DNA from: a virus
Lineage: Duplodnaviria; Caudoviricetes
Virus record (IMG/VR): IMGVR_UViG_3300017914_002346
Length of the DNA: 64,000 nucleotides
Strand: one strand, 5' to 3'
Positions 51,254 to 60,830 of this stretch are shown here, one piece after another; within the stretch, counting starts at the first letter, position 1; each line of letters starts with the position of its first letter. The notes under the pieces are model-generated. The model worked only from the letters and a program-made list of their open reading frames with translations, was not told the DNA's origin and searched no databases. The translations under genes were made by a program, and so were the position numbers.

Positions 51254-53804
51254 ATAAATCAAACTCATCAGTTGGTGCTGTAAAGTTACTTGTATATACA
51301 GCTCTGTCAGATATTCTCCAGTCTTGCATATATCCCGTAAAGTCATTAGCGGTTAGGGAAACAGGTCCACAACCCCATTGCCATTCTGTACCATCAGCAA
51401 AGGCATATGTACCATTATTTGTATTTGTACCTTGAGATGTTCCATCAATGTATAGTGTCCATGTCCCAGAATTTCTTACCACTGCAACATGATGCCAAGT
51501 ATTTGCTGTAAATGATCCTGTTATCTGAACACCACTCTGCAATCCCCAAAGTTGCACTTGAGTATTGTAAGTAAATAAACCAAATGGAGTACTACTAGTA
51601 TATGTACTTGTACCAACTAACAACCTATATGATGTACTTTGTGTTGCTGTCTGATAGAACCAACCTTCTACTGTTAAATCATCTTCCAGTCCAAAATCCT
51701 GGACTTGCAATCTATCATCTCCGCCATCAAAATAGATAGAAGATGATGTACTAAATTTTCTTTGTGTAGTAGAAGCTTTTGTATTATTAATAAGCTGGAA
51801 GGTGTTTGCTGCTGCCGCATCATAAATATTTGCATCTGTTTTGTTGTTCATTAATAGTTTTGTATTGGATGTAGAACTGATAGGTTCAGTTGGAGGTGTA
51901 AATGCAGCGGTACGTACCGCTCCTCCTTGATCTAATCTTACATCTGCTAGATGCCCTGTAGCGTATTGTTGAGTTGATCCATTACTATCAACTCTTCCTC
52001 CAATTTGTATTAGATTATTTGCATTTGGTATATTTGTTGAATTTGTTGTTGATTGGTCTTCAACACCATTCACAAATATTTTTAGAGTAGTACCGCTTCT
52101 AGATATAGCTAAATGAACCCAAGTTTTAGCTAAAACTATCGCAGTTCCAGATGTAAGTGAAGTCCAACCTGAACCGCTACCAATGTACCCATACACCTTT
52201 CCATTAGTGTTGACTCCAAGTAAGAAACCTTCATGATCATTTACATTACCTTGACCAAATGCAACAAGATAATGATTACCAGCAGCTGGGATAGACAATG
52301 GATAATACCAGCATTCAAAATTAAAATCACCTGTTCCCATTGTATATTCATTATCAGCGCTTTCATTGTCAACTAGATAATCACCAGTACCATCAAAATA
52401 AACGGAACCTCCATCAATTGAATTCCAAGGTTCATAATCATAAGGACTTATAGGATGAGTTTCAACACCACCAAACCCTGTCATGGTATGTGCATAAGAA
52501 GAACTATCTGCAAGATATGGTAGTTGACAAGTTAATAATACTGTGTTAGTAACTGCTGTAAGTCTTTCAGTAGGTGGTGTAAATTCTGAATCGTAAACAC
52601 TTCGTCCTTTTACAATTCTTAAATCGCTTACATAGCCATCTAATCCACCGTTTACTTCATATCTACCTATTTGCATTTTTCTAGAAGATGTATAGATAGT
52701 TTCTGTCCCAGTTCTAGTAGCTACTTGTTCGCCATTTAAATATGTATACCATTTGTTTCCAGACCTGGTTGCTGCAAGATGGTTCCATTGATTAAGCGGT
52801 GGACTACCAAAAGATATATTAAACGCACTAGACTGTCCATTTGTTGATACTAAAAATCTAAGAGCAGCGCTAGAATAATACCACAACCATTCATTTACAC
52901 CAGCTATACTTCCTTGTTGCCATTTACCTACAACAACATCATTGTTTGTCCAACTATTAACATAAATCCAACATTCAATAGTAAAATCGCTATCAGTTAA
53001 ATTTAACGATGAATCATGATCAATATCAACATAATCACTAGTTTCTGAACCATCTGCTAAATAAACACTATACCCTCCTTTACGATAAGGTGTAAATGTA
53101 GATGCTTGTGGTGTACCGTTACGTGTAAATGATTGTGATGTACCATCTGAATCTAAGAAAGTGATATTTGAATTATATACATCATTACCGGTAGCCTTCA
53201 TTAGCAATAAAGTACTAGCAGAATTAGAAATAACATTTATAAAATTTAATGTGAATGTACTAACTGTCGAAGCAAAACTTATGCCATCCGAAGCTTTAAA
53301 AGTTACTGTTCCTGAATTAGTAAGACCTGGAGCTTCATTTTCACTGTCTGGAGTTAAAGTAAAGATTCTACCGTTATCGCTATCTTTTGTTATAGTAATA
53401 AAAGTATTAGCATCTGAATCAGCTGTTGCAGTATAAGTAATTGCATGACCATCACTATCATCTGCTAGTAATGTAACAGTTATAGCAGTATCAATAGTAA
53501 AAGTGTATAAAGTGTTTGCTTCTGTTTCCCAGTAAGGTGATGCATTAACTAATGCAACTTTGTACCAACCTGAACCATTATATATGTACAACCCATTATT
53601 AGAAGTAACAAAAGCCTGTGCGCCTGTAGTAGCTGAACCAGGTAAATCGCTTAAGTTAGTATAAACGTCAGTACCAGCAGAAACTGCAGCAGAACCTAAC
53701 ACAGCTGATGTCACTACAGTATCTGAGTCAATTAAATTAAATTTAACTGCTCCTGAATCTTTATCTAACATGTTTGCTATTTGTCTATTTTTACTCATAA
53801 TCAC
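51252..53804 (-). CDS. Fibre/adhesin with three LamG (ConA-like) domains
   Basis: FTIECW..W.H.A..R.G..Y.NG..GY..D.R repeated three times; N-terminal module shared with neighbours. Confidence 0.8.
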   Translation of the reverse strand: MIMSKNRQIANMLDKDSGAVKFNLIDSDTVVTSAVLGSAAVSAGTDVYTNLSDLPGSATTGAQAFVTSNNGLYIYNGSGWYKVALVNASPYWETEANTLYTFTIDTAITVTLLADDSDGHAITYTATADSDANTFITITKDSDNGRIFTLTPDSENEAPGLTNSGTVTFKASDGISFASTVSTFTLNFINVISNSASTLLLMKATGNDVYNSNITFLDSDGTSQSFTRNGTPQASTFTPYRKGGYSVYLADGSETSDYVDIDHDSSLNLTDSDFTIECWIYVNSWTNNDVVVGKWQQGSIAGVNEWLWYYSSAALRFLVSTNGQSSAFNISFGSPPLNQWNHLAATRSGNKWYTYLNGEQVATRTGTETIYTSSRKMQIGRYEVNGGLDGYVSDLRIVKGRSVYDSEFTPPTERLTAVTNTVLLTCQLPYLADSSSYAHTMTGFGGVETHPISPYDYEPWNSIDGGSVYFDGTGDYLVDNESADNEYTMGTGDFNFECWYYPLSIPAAGNHYLVAFGQGNVNDHEGFLLGVNTNGKVYGYIGSGSGWTSLTSGTAIVLAKTWVHLAISRSGTTLKIFVNGVEDQSTTNSTNIPNANNLIQIGGRVDSNGSTQQYATGHLADVRLDQGGAVRTAAFTPPTEPISSTSNTKLLMNNKTDANIYDAAAANTFQLINNTKASTTQRKFSTSSSIYFDGGDDRLQVQDFGLEDDLTVEGWFYQTATQSTSYRLLVGTSTYTSSTPFGLFTYNTQVQLWGLQSGVQITGSFTANTWHHVAVVRNSGTWTLYIDGTSQGTNTNNGTYAFADGTEWQWGCGPVSLTANDFTGYMQDWRISDRAVYTSNFTAPTDEFDL

Positions 53805-54064
53805 TCACTGTCTAATTCAGTTTGAATTCTATACCAACCTGTACCATTATAAAAATAATATTTGTTTGTTGAAGTAATAAAAGCTCTATCCCCTTGAGTA
53901 CCTGAACCTGGTAAATCATCAATAGATGTATAAGTAGTTACTAGACCTGATTCAGATGCTTTACCTTTTAAATATGATGCAACAATAGCATCTGAATCAA
54001 TAGCTACAGTCTCACCGCTGGCTCCTAAAACTCTAGCTAATCTTCTTGCGTTGGTTAATGGCAT
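53801..54064 (-). CDS. Short paralogue consisting only of the fibre N-terminal module
   Basis: DSDAIV..DLPGSG.QG..AFITS.N..Y..NG.GWY. Confidence 0.7.
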   Translation of the reverse strand: MPLTNARRLARVLGASGETVAIDSDAIVASYLKGKASESGLVTTYTSIDDLPGSGTQGDRAFITSTNKYYFYNGTGWYRIQTELDSE

Positions 54065-54080
54065 TTTTACCTCTATCTAT

Positions 54081-55295
54081 TTAATGATTAATACTTATAT
54101 AAGATCCATATAAACTTGCATCTAATAATTGTAAAGTTCTGTTAGTTGAAGTGGTCTGTCTTTTATTTGCAGAAACTGCTATTCTTGTAATATTTGAAGT
54201 TGATGATCTACCTAATTCAGACCAACTTGTGCCATTAGCTGAATACCACCAAGCAGCCTTTGTGTTTGCTGCATTTCTCATATAAGCCATCCAGAAGGCA
54301 CTAGTATTTCCTGCAGCAATAGTAGTTACATTTGTAGCATTACCCTGGGATGCAGAACCTCCATATGAACCATAATAAACTCTACTATCATAAGTATCAC
54401 CTGTATTTGATCCTGTATATTCACCAATATAACAAGCACCTCTATCGTTAAAACCACTATCAGGGTCTCTCATTTTAACCACTAGTAAATAGTTTTGTGA
54501 TGCTGTCCAGCCGGAAAAAGCAGGAGTAACATGTGTACCGTCAAAGAATTGATCAGTATCAATAGTCCATGTGTAATTACTAGAGTTGTAAGAAGAAACA
54601 CTTGCTACTGATACGCCAGGATGGTTAGCGTAAGCATCCAGTCTGTATAATGCAGCATTTTGCCATTGTGTTCCATTTGCAGAAGGTGTAATAAAGTATG
54701 TAGGACCTAACGCAGCTGTGACATTGAAAGTGGACGTACTGGTAATAAAGTTTACACCATCACTTGCTTTAAATGTAACTGTACCTGTTAAATCGTTTTC
54801 ACTATCCGTATTTTCTTTTAATGATGCAGTAAATACTCTACCGTTATCGCTATCTTTTGTAAGATTTAAGAACTGATTTGCATCACTGTCTAATGTAGTA
54901 GTATATGTAATAGTTTGAGACGGGTTATCACTATCACCCGCTTCAATTGCGATTTCTATTTCAGAATCATTATTACCATCTCCTAAGTCAAAACTAAAAG
55001 TAGAATTAGGTTCTGTAATCCAATAAGGTGTTTCGTTTAGTTTTAAAACTTGATGCCAACCATCATCATTTTTAATGTAAAAAAAGCTATTAGCTGAAAC
55101 AAAAGCTTGACTACCTGTAACTGCATCGCTATCTAAACCGCTTAACGCACTAACAACCTCAGTACCTGCACTTGGCACAAAAGCACCTTTACTCGCAGAA
55201 TTTACAATAGCATCTGAATCATAAGCAGTTAATCTTAACTTGTTAGTTCTACCTAAAAATATTCTTGAAAGTCTTCTTGTTCTACTACGTGCCAT
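54081..55295 (-). CDS. Fibre/adhesin paralogue
   Basis: Shared module TPYWITEP..AGDSD..LDSD..KDSDNGR..TFKASDG plus a distinct C-terminal domain. Confidence 0.7.
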   Translation of the reverse strand: MARSRTRRLSRIFLGRTNKLRLTAYDSDAIVNSASKGAFVPSAGTEVVSALSGLDSDAVTGSQAFVSANSFFYIKNDDGWHQVLKLNETPYWITEPNSTFSFDLGDGNNDSEIEIAIEAGDSDNPSQTITYTTTLDSDANQFLNLTKDSDNGRVFTASLKENTDSENDLTGTVTFKASDGVNFITSTSTFNVTAALGPTYFITPSANGTQWQNAALYRLDAYANHPGVSVASVSSYNSSNYTWTIDTDQFFDGTHVTPAFSGWTASQNYLLVVKMRDPDSGFNDRGACYIGEYTGSNTGDTYDSRVYYGSYGGSASQGNATNVTTIAAGNTSAFWMAYMRNAANTKAAWWYSANGTSWSELGRSSTSNITRIAVSANKRQTTSTNRTLQLLDASLYGSYISINH

Positions 55296-55310
55296 ATTAA
55301 TTCTCAGATA

Positions 55311-56546
55311 CTAAATCGTTAATGTATTAGCATAAGTTGAAGCATCAACTAATTGAACTCTTGGTTGGGGTGAGGTTGTCTGTCTAACTCCTGTAGTAGC
55401 GCTTATATATCCTACATTACCGTTAGCTGCTCCATCTGTGTCAAAATGCAATCTCCAACTACCATCCCAATAAGTCCAACCTCTTAATTTATTACCTTGT
55501 CTTCTTACAGCAACATACCAATTAGATTCACCCTCAGATATTCCTGTGTTATCTAAAGTAGCTGATACAAGACCTGGTGAATCCGTTCCTTCTGCACCTG
55601 CTGGTCCGCTACCGTTAAAACTAAAACCACCCCAATATCTTAAATAGTTACCGGCTTGATTATTAATATCACCAGAAGATAAAGTTGCATCAGATCTTTG
55701 TAACATCATATAGCCGCTACCTCTATTATTAAAATCTTGTGTAAAATTATCAAAGTACATTACGCAAAGATAATCATCATCAGAGGAAACATCTAATGCT
55801 TGAGCATAATAAACACCATCAAAGAAGTTACCATTATCCTGCTGCCATCTAGCAGCACCAGCATCATAGTTAGCAGTCCATGTACCACCACCATTATTGT
55901 ATGCGTCGTTAAGTACAAGAGTTGCATTACCCCATTCAGTACCATCAGCTGATGGGTTTAAGAATCTAGTTATATTAGTTCTAAAGTTAATTGTTACAGC
56001 TTTTGAAGCAAAACTTATTCCGTCAGATGCTTTGAATGTAATAATACCACTCTGATCATTATCACTATCAAAACCTTCTTTTAAACCTATGTTAAATATT
56101 CTACCATTATCACTATCTTTAGATACATCTGTAAATACATTAACATCAGAATCTAGAGTTGCTGTATAAGTTACATTTGTACCGTCAGAATCACCAGCTT
56201 CAATTACTAAGACAAAATCTGAGTCTACATTACCTCTATCTAACGTGTATGAGCTTGCAGGCTCTGTTATCCAATAAGGTGTTAAATTTATAAGTGCTTG
56301 TCTAAACCAACCATTGCCAGTAAACATATACAAGTTATTTGTACTAGTAACAAAAGCTTGATCACCATTGTTAGCACTGTTAGGAAGATCATCTACGTTA
56401 TCATATATTAAGGTTGTAACACCAGAAACTGAATCTCCTCTAGATGCAATATCAACTAAAGTATCACTATCAACTGTTTCTGTACGAACAGTGTCTGTGT
56501 TACCTATAAGTAGTCTTGATATTCTTCTAGATTTTGATCTCGCCAT
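55311..56546 (-). CDS. Fibre/adhesin paralogue
   Basis: Same shared module; late promoter at 56551-56557. Confidence 0.7.
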   Translation of the reverse strand: MARSKSRRISRLLIGNTDTVRTETVDSDTLVDIASRGDSVSGVTTLIYDNVDDLPNSANNGDQAFVTSTNNLYMFTGNGWFRQALINLTPYWITEPASSYTLDRGNVDSDFVLVIEAGDSDGTNVTYTATLDSDVNVFTDVSKDSDNGRIFNIGLKEGFDSDNDQSGIITFKASDGISFASKAVTINFRTNITRFLNPSADGTEWGNATLVLNDAYNNGGGTWTANYDAGAARWQQDNGNFFDGVYYAQALDVSSDDDYLCVMYFDNFTQDFNNRGSGYMMLQRSDATLSSGDINNQAGNYLRYWGGFSFNGSGPAGAEGTDSPGLVSATLDNTGISEGESNWYVAVRRQGNKLRGWTYWDGSWRLHFDTDGAANGNVGYISATTGVRQTTSPQPRVQLVDASTYANTLTI

Positions 56547-56661
56547 ACACTATTTATCTGAGTCTAGAATCTTTAAAATGTATTCAGTTTTACCTTTATC
56601 GTCTGTTATTTTTTTCCAGACGCTTTTAAAGCATAAAACAGGACTACGATAAATTTTTCTT

Positions 56662-57141
56662 CTATTGTAACGGTAAGATAAACGCATTTGCTGAATTGTT
56701 AATTATCCAAATTAACCAAATAAAAACAGCACCAGCACCAGCACAGAGCAATATTATCCAAAACCATTCAATAACTTGCTCTATTTGTTTTTCTTTGCGC
56801 TCTTTTTCAGCTAATCTAGCTTTTCTAATTTCGGCTTGTACTCTAAGAAGTTCTTGCCAAGCATTTGGACCATAATTCATCATAATGAAGATTCTAAGCT
56901 CGTCTTCCATTTTCTTTGCTTTTTTCATAGCAGCAAAAGTTTCCAAAGCTTCTTCTTCAACGCTTCCAAATTTGCGTTTTGACTTTACTTCATTATTATG
57001 GGAGTCTTTAATAGTATTTACCGCGTTCATCCAGCGACCTACGTCACCAGCCATAGACTCAATTTCTTTGCCTACTTCAAAACCTTTTTTAATGGCGTTA
57101 TAGGCAGTCGTAGCAGCAGCTATTGCGGTTACTGGATCCAT
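56662..57141 (-). CDS. Hypothetical membrane-anchored protein
   Basis: C-terminal TM helix; TATAAATA at 57158-57165. Confidence 0.65.
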   Translation of the reverse strand: MDPVTAIAAATTAYNAIKKGFEVGKEIESMAGDVGRWMNAVNTIKDSHNNEVKSKRKFGSVEEEALETFAAMKKAKKMEDELRIFIMMNYGPNAWQELLRVQAEIRKARLAEKERKEKQIEQVIEWFWIILLCAGAGAVFIWLIWIINNSANAFILPLQ

Positions 57142-57167
57142 ATCACACCTCTCAATCTATTTATAGA

Positions 57168-58100
57168 TTAAGTAGTTGCGCCAGCCTTTTTCTTCTTGTA
57201 GGAAAGAGTTTCAGAGTCCCAAATATAACCTTGTTTTGCCATTTGATCTAACTCAGCTTTATCTGGTGTTTTTTCTCGATGTGTGACAATAGGTTTTTCA
57301 GGTTGTGGATTTCTCTTAGGAGGATTAGGTTTTTTAATGACTGGGGGTGTAGGGGTCACTCTCATACTAAGATCATTCCATGCAACTAATAGAGCAACAG
57401 CAAGAGGATCAAACACAGTGACAATAATAATGATAACCCATCTTACCGCCTGTTCTAATAAATCCTTATCTGCATCTCCGTAAATAAGTTCTGCAATATA
57501 TTTGATAGGACCAACTTCTGCTTCTAATTCTAGTTGACCTTTTTCTAAAATTATTAACTCTTCTTGCAGAGTTGATATTCTGTCTTCAGCGCCGCTAATA
57601 ATTGTGGATAGATTTTCTCGTTCGGATTTTTGGCGCTCTCTAGTAGCAATCGCACCTTCATCGCCCCGTATTCTGTCGTACTCAATGAGCACGTTGATAG
57701 CTTCGTCAAGTTGGAAGAGAACTTGATCAGCATCTTCAATCGTTCTTCGCTCTCTGGAGATCTGGGATTCGATTCTTTCGATCCTGAGAGTGTTATCACC
57801 GGCAACGGTAGTTTGTTCAATATGGGCACGGGAGAGGAACCCGAAGATTCCCATCGAAGTGATGAACATGAGGACAATAACAGCAATAACAAGATAAGAC
57901 TTAAGCAAAAAATTAACTTGCGTCCAAAAACGATGTAAATATGAGACTGTAACAAGTTTTCCAACTTCTAAAATTGAACCCATAATTATAACAGGAATTG
58001 CTGCGGCTGCAAAAATAGCAGCTAATCCAATGATTGAATAATAAGCAGCAACCCCCGATATAGCTAAAGCTGTTGTTAAAATAAGTAATCTAAAGAACAT
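57168..58100 (-). CDS. Membrane protein with coiled-coil domain
   Basis: Three N-terminal TM segments, coiled coil, fourth TM segment; TATAAATA at 58105-58112. Confidence 0.7.
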   Translation of the reverse strand: MFFRLLILTTALAISGVAAYYSIIGLAAIFAAAAIPVIIMGSILEVGKLVTVSYLHRFWTQVNFLLKSYLVIAVIVLMFITSMGIFGFLSRAHIEQTTVAGDNTLRIERIESQISRERRTIEDADQVLFQLDEAINVLIEYDRIRGDEGAIATRERQKSERENLSTIISGAEDRISTLQEELIILEKGQLELEAEVGPIKYIAELIYGDADKDLLEQAVRWVIIIIVTVFDPLAVALLVAWNDLSMRVTPTPPVIKKPNPPKRNPQPEKPIVTHREKTPDKAELDQMAKQGYIWDSETLSYKKKKAGATT

Positions 58101-58107
58101 ACATTAT

Positions 58108-59322
58108 TTATACTACAGGTGGTGGAGGAGGAGGCGGTAGATCTAACTTTGGACCTACTGCTGCCATACCTGGTGGCGGCGGAGGTGGAGGTAAGTTTAG
58201 ACCTGGAGGCGGCCCCTCTTTCTTAGATTGCTGTTTAGGTGTAACATCGATATCAAACTTGCGTTCCATTACTTCTGATTGCTGAGCAAGCATAACACGC
58301 ATTTGATATTCTTCATTGAACATCTTTTCAACTTCTTTTACGTTACCAACTCTTGCAATATTACCTTCTCTAACCAATAGAGGTGGAACTATAATATTAT
58401 AGCCTGCAATTTCAATACCAAGCTCAACACCATCAAGATTACCTCTTTCTTTAAGAGCTTTTTCATACTCTTTATTAACTTGTACTTTAATATTGAGGAC
58501 ATCTTGAGGGTTAAGCAGATCAGGATAGATACAATTCTCTTGACCTGCCATCTGACGTTCTATACAAGCTCTAACATTATCTTCATTTACAGCATGAGCA
58601 AGTTCTTTATCTTCTTTTGTCTTTTCTAGAATATCCACTAACTCAGCATCATTAGTTAAATGATCAATCAGATTATCAAAAGTAATTTGATGAAAGTTAT
58701 CAAAACCTCTTAATCGTTCTGGAGATTTACCTTCAAACGGGTTAACATGATAGAACTCTGTATCAGGACAAGCTTTCAATATCCATTGATATCTACGCTG
58801 CCAGTTACGATATGTAGGCGCTCCGTTTTTAATTTTCTCATCTTCAGGTTTTTTAGCATAATGTTTCATACCTTCGTAAAGATTATTCATTATACCGTTT
58901 TGTTCTTTATTCTCTGAACCAAAACCAAAGAAGTCCATCCCAATAAGAAACACTTTAGGTGATTCAAAATGAGAAGCTGCTAAATGCGCTGCCATAGGTC
59001 CTGCAGCAAACTTTTCTGGTGTAGATGCTTTCTTAGCACCTGATCCGGGTTTAGGATACCAAGTATAAAACCAGTTTGACTTAGGATACTGACTATACTG
59101 TTTGATAATAGTTTTAGTCATAGGTTCATCAGAAGCTACTAGAACATGAGGTCTAAACTCTTCTTTAAAGAACCAGTTACAACCAAACAATAGACCATAA
59201 TCCATTAGCTGCTGGATGTTAAGATCTTTTCTAGAGGTACCATTACCGATTACAAAAGCATATTCGCGTTTTGGTAGTTGCGGTTTTGCACCTGGTGATT
59301 TTTTTATCTTTAATTTACGCAT
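58108..59322 (-). CDS. Maf/DUF115/sialyltransferase-like glycosyltransferase with Pro-rich tail
   Basis: AFVIGNGTSR, FGCN, VFLIGMDF motifs; likely start MRKLK at 59322. Confidence 0.6.
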   Translation of the reverse strand: MRKLKIKKSPGAKPQLPKREYAFVIGNGTSRKDLNIQQLMDYGLLFGCNWFFKEEFRPHVLVASDEPMTKTIIKQYSQYPKSNWFYTWYPKPGSGAKKASTPEKFAAGPMAAHLAASHFESPKVFLIGMDFFGFGSENKEQNGIMNNLYEGMKHYAKKPEDEKIKNGAPTYRNWQRRYQWILKACPDTEFYHVNPFEGKSPERLRGFDNFHQITFDNLIDHLTNDAELVDILEKTKEDKELAHAVNEDNVRACIERQMAGQENCIYPDLLNPQDVLNIKVQVNKEYEKALKERGNLDGVELGIEIAGYNIIVPPLLVREGNIARVGNVKEVEKMFNEEYQMRVMLAQQSEVMERKFDIDVTPKQQSKKEGPPPGLNLPPPPPPPGMAAVGPKLDLPPPPPPPVV

Positions 59323-59521
59323 TGAGAGGATTAAAGTAAGAGTTAGGAGTTTCTTTATACTGGGTACAAACAATATGTACTAAACGATCAATTTCTTTTT
59401 CATCTAGTGACTTAAGTTGACTATTTGCACGGATAAAATTAATTACTTCAGTAACGTCTCTTGACTGATACTGAAAGACTGCGGTTTCGATAAGTTCGAA
59501 AATTTGCTTATAAGTAGACAT
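59315..59521 (-). CDS. Hypothetical protein
   Basis: ORF overlapping the next start codon. Confidence 0.55.
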   Translation of the reverse strand: MSTYKQIFELIETAVFQYQSRDVTEVINFIRANSQLKSLDEKEIDRLVHIVCTQYKETPNSYFNPLNA

Positions 59522-59564
59522 CGCATTTCCATAGTTAAAGTTAACATTACTAATATAATAGTAA

Positions 59565-59711
59565 TTAAGAGTAGTTTTTTGCGTTACGAGAAATATATTC
59601 AGCGTAAATATCTGCTGAAGTTTTCTCTTTTTCTTCTTCAGGTGTTTCTTCTACCTGTTCTTCATTAGTTTCTTCTTCGCCTTTAAACTTTTTAAAGTCA
59701 TCTATACTCAT
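59565..59711 (-). CDS. Small acidic hypothetical protein (48 aa)
   Basis: Not in the ORF track; MSIDDFKKFKGEEETNEE..; ATGA overlap with the upstream gene. Confidence 0.6.
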   Translation of the reverse strand: MSIDDFKKFKGEEETNEEQVEETPEEEKEKTSADIYAEYISRNAKNYS

Positions 59712-60823
59712 AATGTATATCCTTTGCTACCAGTATACAGTCTTGGTGAAAGACCATCTACACGACCACCACCTTCCCATCCTAAACTATAATCCATGTT
59801 CCATAAGTTAGATTTAAAGGTAGAAATTACATCATCTGGTGTATGCCAGTTCACAAAATCACCAAATTTTTGTCCACCTGCATTTTTAGTAGAAATAAGT
59901 GAAACCATATCAAAATTAGTTTGCTGTTTATAAGTAATAAAACCTAATCCTGTAGCATACGCGCTTAAATCAATGAAATTAGGGTCAGTTAGTATTCCTT
60001 GGTCATTAATCTTCTGTCCGTAAATTTGAACAAAGAAAGATTGCCAAAAATCTTTTGGTTTCTTTCTAGCTTTCTTTAGAGCTTCGTTAATCTCCAAAAT
60101 TACAGCATTTTTAGTTTTTCCTGTACCTGTAAATGCTGCAAGAATATCCTTATCACTCTTAGAACTTGCCCAATCGGGAATTTGCTTTTTACATTCGTTA
60201 ATAAACCAAGTTTTAGCACCACCCCACATGTTCTTACCAGATTTACCTAGATGACCACCACCTGTTTTAACCTCGATAAGTTGTCCACCAGCAAAAGCAT
60301 CACCAAAAGTGTCGCCATCACCACCTTTACCACCATCTGCAGCTAAAAATATCATAACTGCTTCCATCTGACCAACAGCAACAGTACCGTTTTCGTCAAT
60401 TTGAGGTTTCCAGCGCAAAAACCAAGAATACAACTGTTTCATAATAGAATCAGTTGCGTTTATGTATGCAGAATAGTTACCTGACTTAGCTGAAGTAAAT
60501 CTTTTCGCATTAAAGTACCTTCCTTCAATGCAGCCCTGTATAAAATCGATTTTTTCTTCAGTATCACCCTTAGCAGATGAAACTTTATTAACAAATTCAA
60601 CAAAAGGCGTAGAATTACGTTGAGCGAAGTTATTCAACTTACGAGCTGCAAATAATTCTTTAGATTTTGCTTCTAGAACTGGTCTTTCGACTGCTCTTAA
60701 CAGGTTAATAAGAGTTCTACCATCAGCGTTATCAACTGCATTACGAATAACTTCACGAGCCTGTGCAGCTGACATGTTTCTCGCTTCAGTAATTAAGGAT
60801 TTAAATGTGTCAAAGTTAATCAT
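59708..60823 (-). CDS. Hypothetical protein with possible PD-(D/E)XK nuclease motif
   Basis: E..GD....LIEVK; late promoter at 60828-60834. Confidence 0.5.
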   Translation of the reverse strand: MINFDTFKSLITEARNMSAAQAREVIRNAVDNADGRTLINLLRAVERPVLEAKSKELFAARKLNNFAQRNSTPFVEFVNKVSSAKGDTEEKIDFIQGCIEGRYFNAKRFTSAKSGNYSAYINATDSIMKQLYSWFLRWKPQIDENGTVAVGQMEAVMIFLAADGGKGGDGDTFGDAFAGGQLIEVKTGGGHLGKSGKNMWGGAKTWFINECKKQIPDWASSKSDKDILAAFTGTGKTKNAVILEINEALKKARKKPKDFWQSFFVQIYGQKINDQGILTDPNFIDLSAYATGLGFITYKQQTNFDMVSLISTKNAGGQKFGDFVNWHTPDDVISTFKSNLWNMDYSLGWEGGGRVDGLSPRLYTGSKGYTL

Positions 60824-60830
60824 ACACTAT

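Noticed and set aside
14544-56546. DSD enrichment as a DNA-level motif (GAY-TCN creates GANTC, the CcrM methylation site)
   Set aside because: Many DSD sites use AGT/AGC serine codons that give no GANTC, the third residue is constrained, and the signal is tied to one reading frame in one class of proteins
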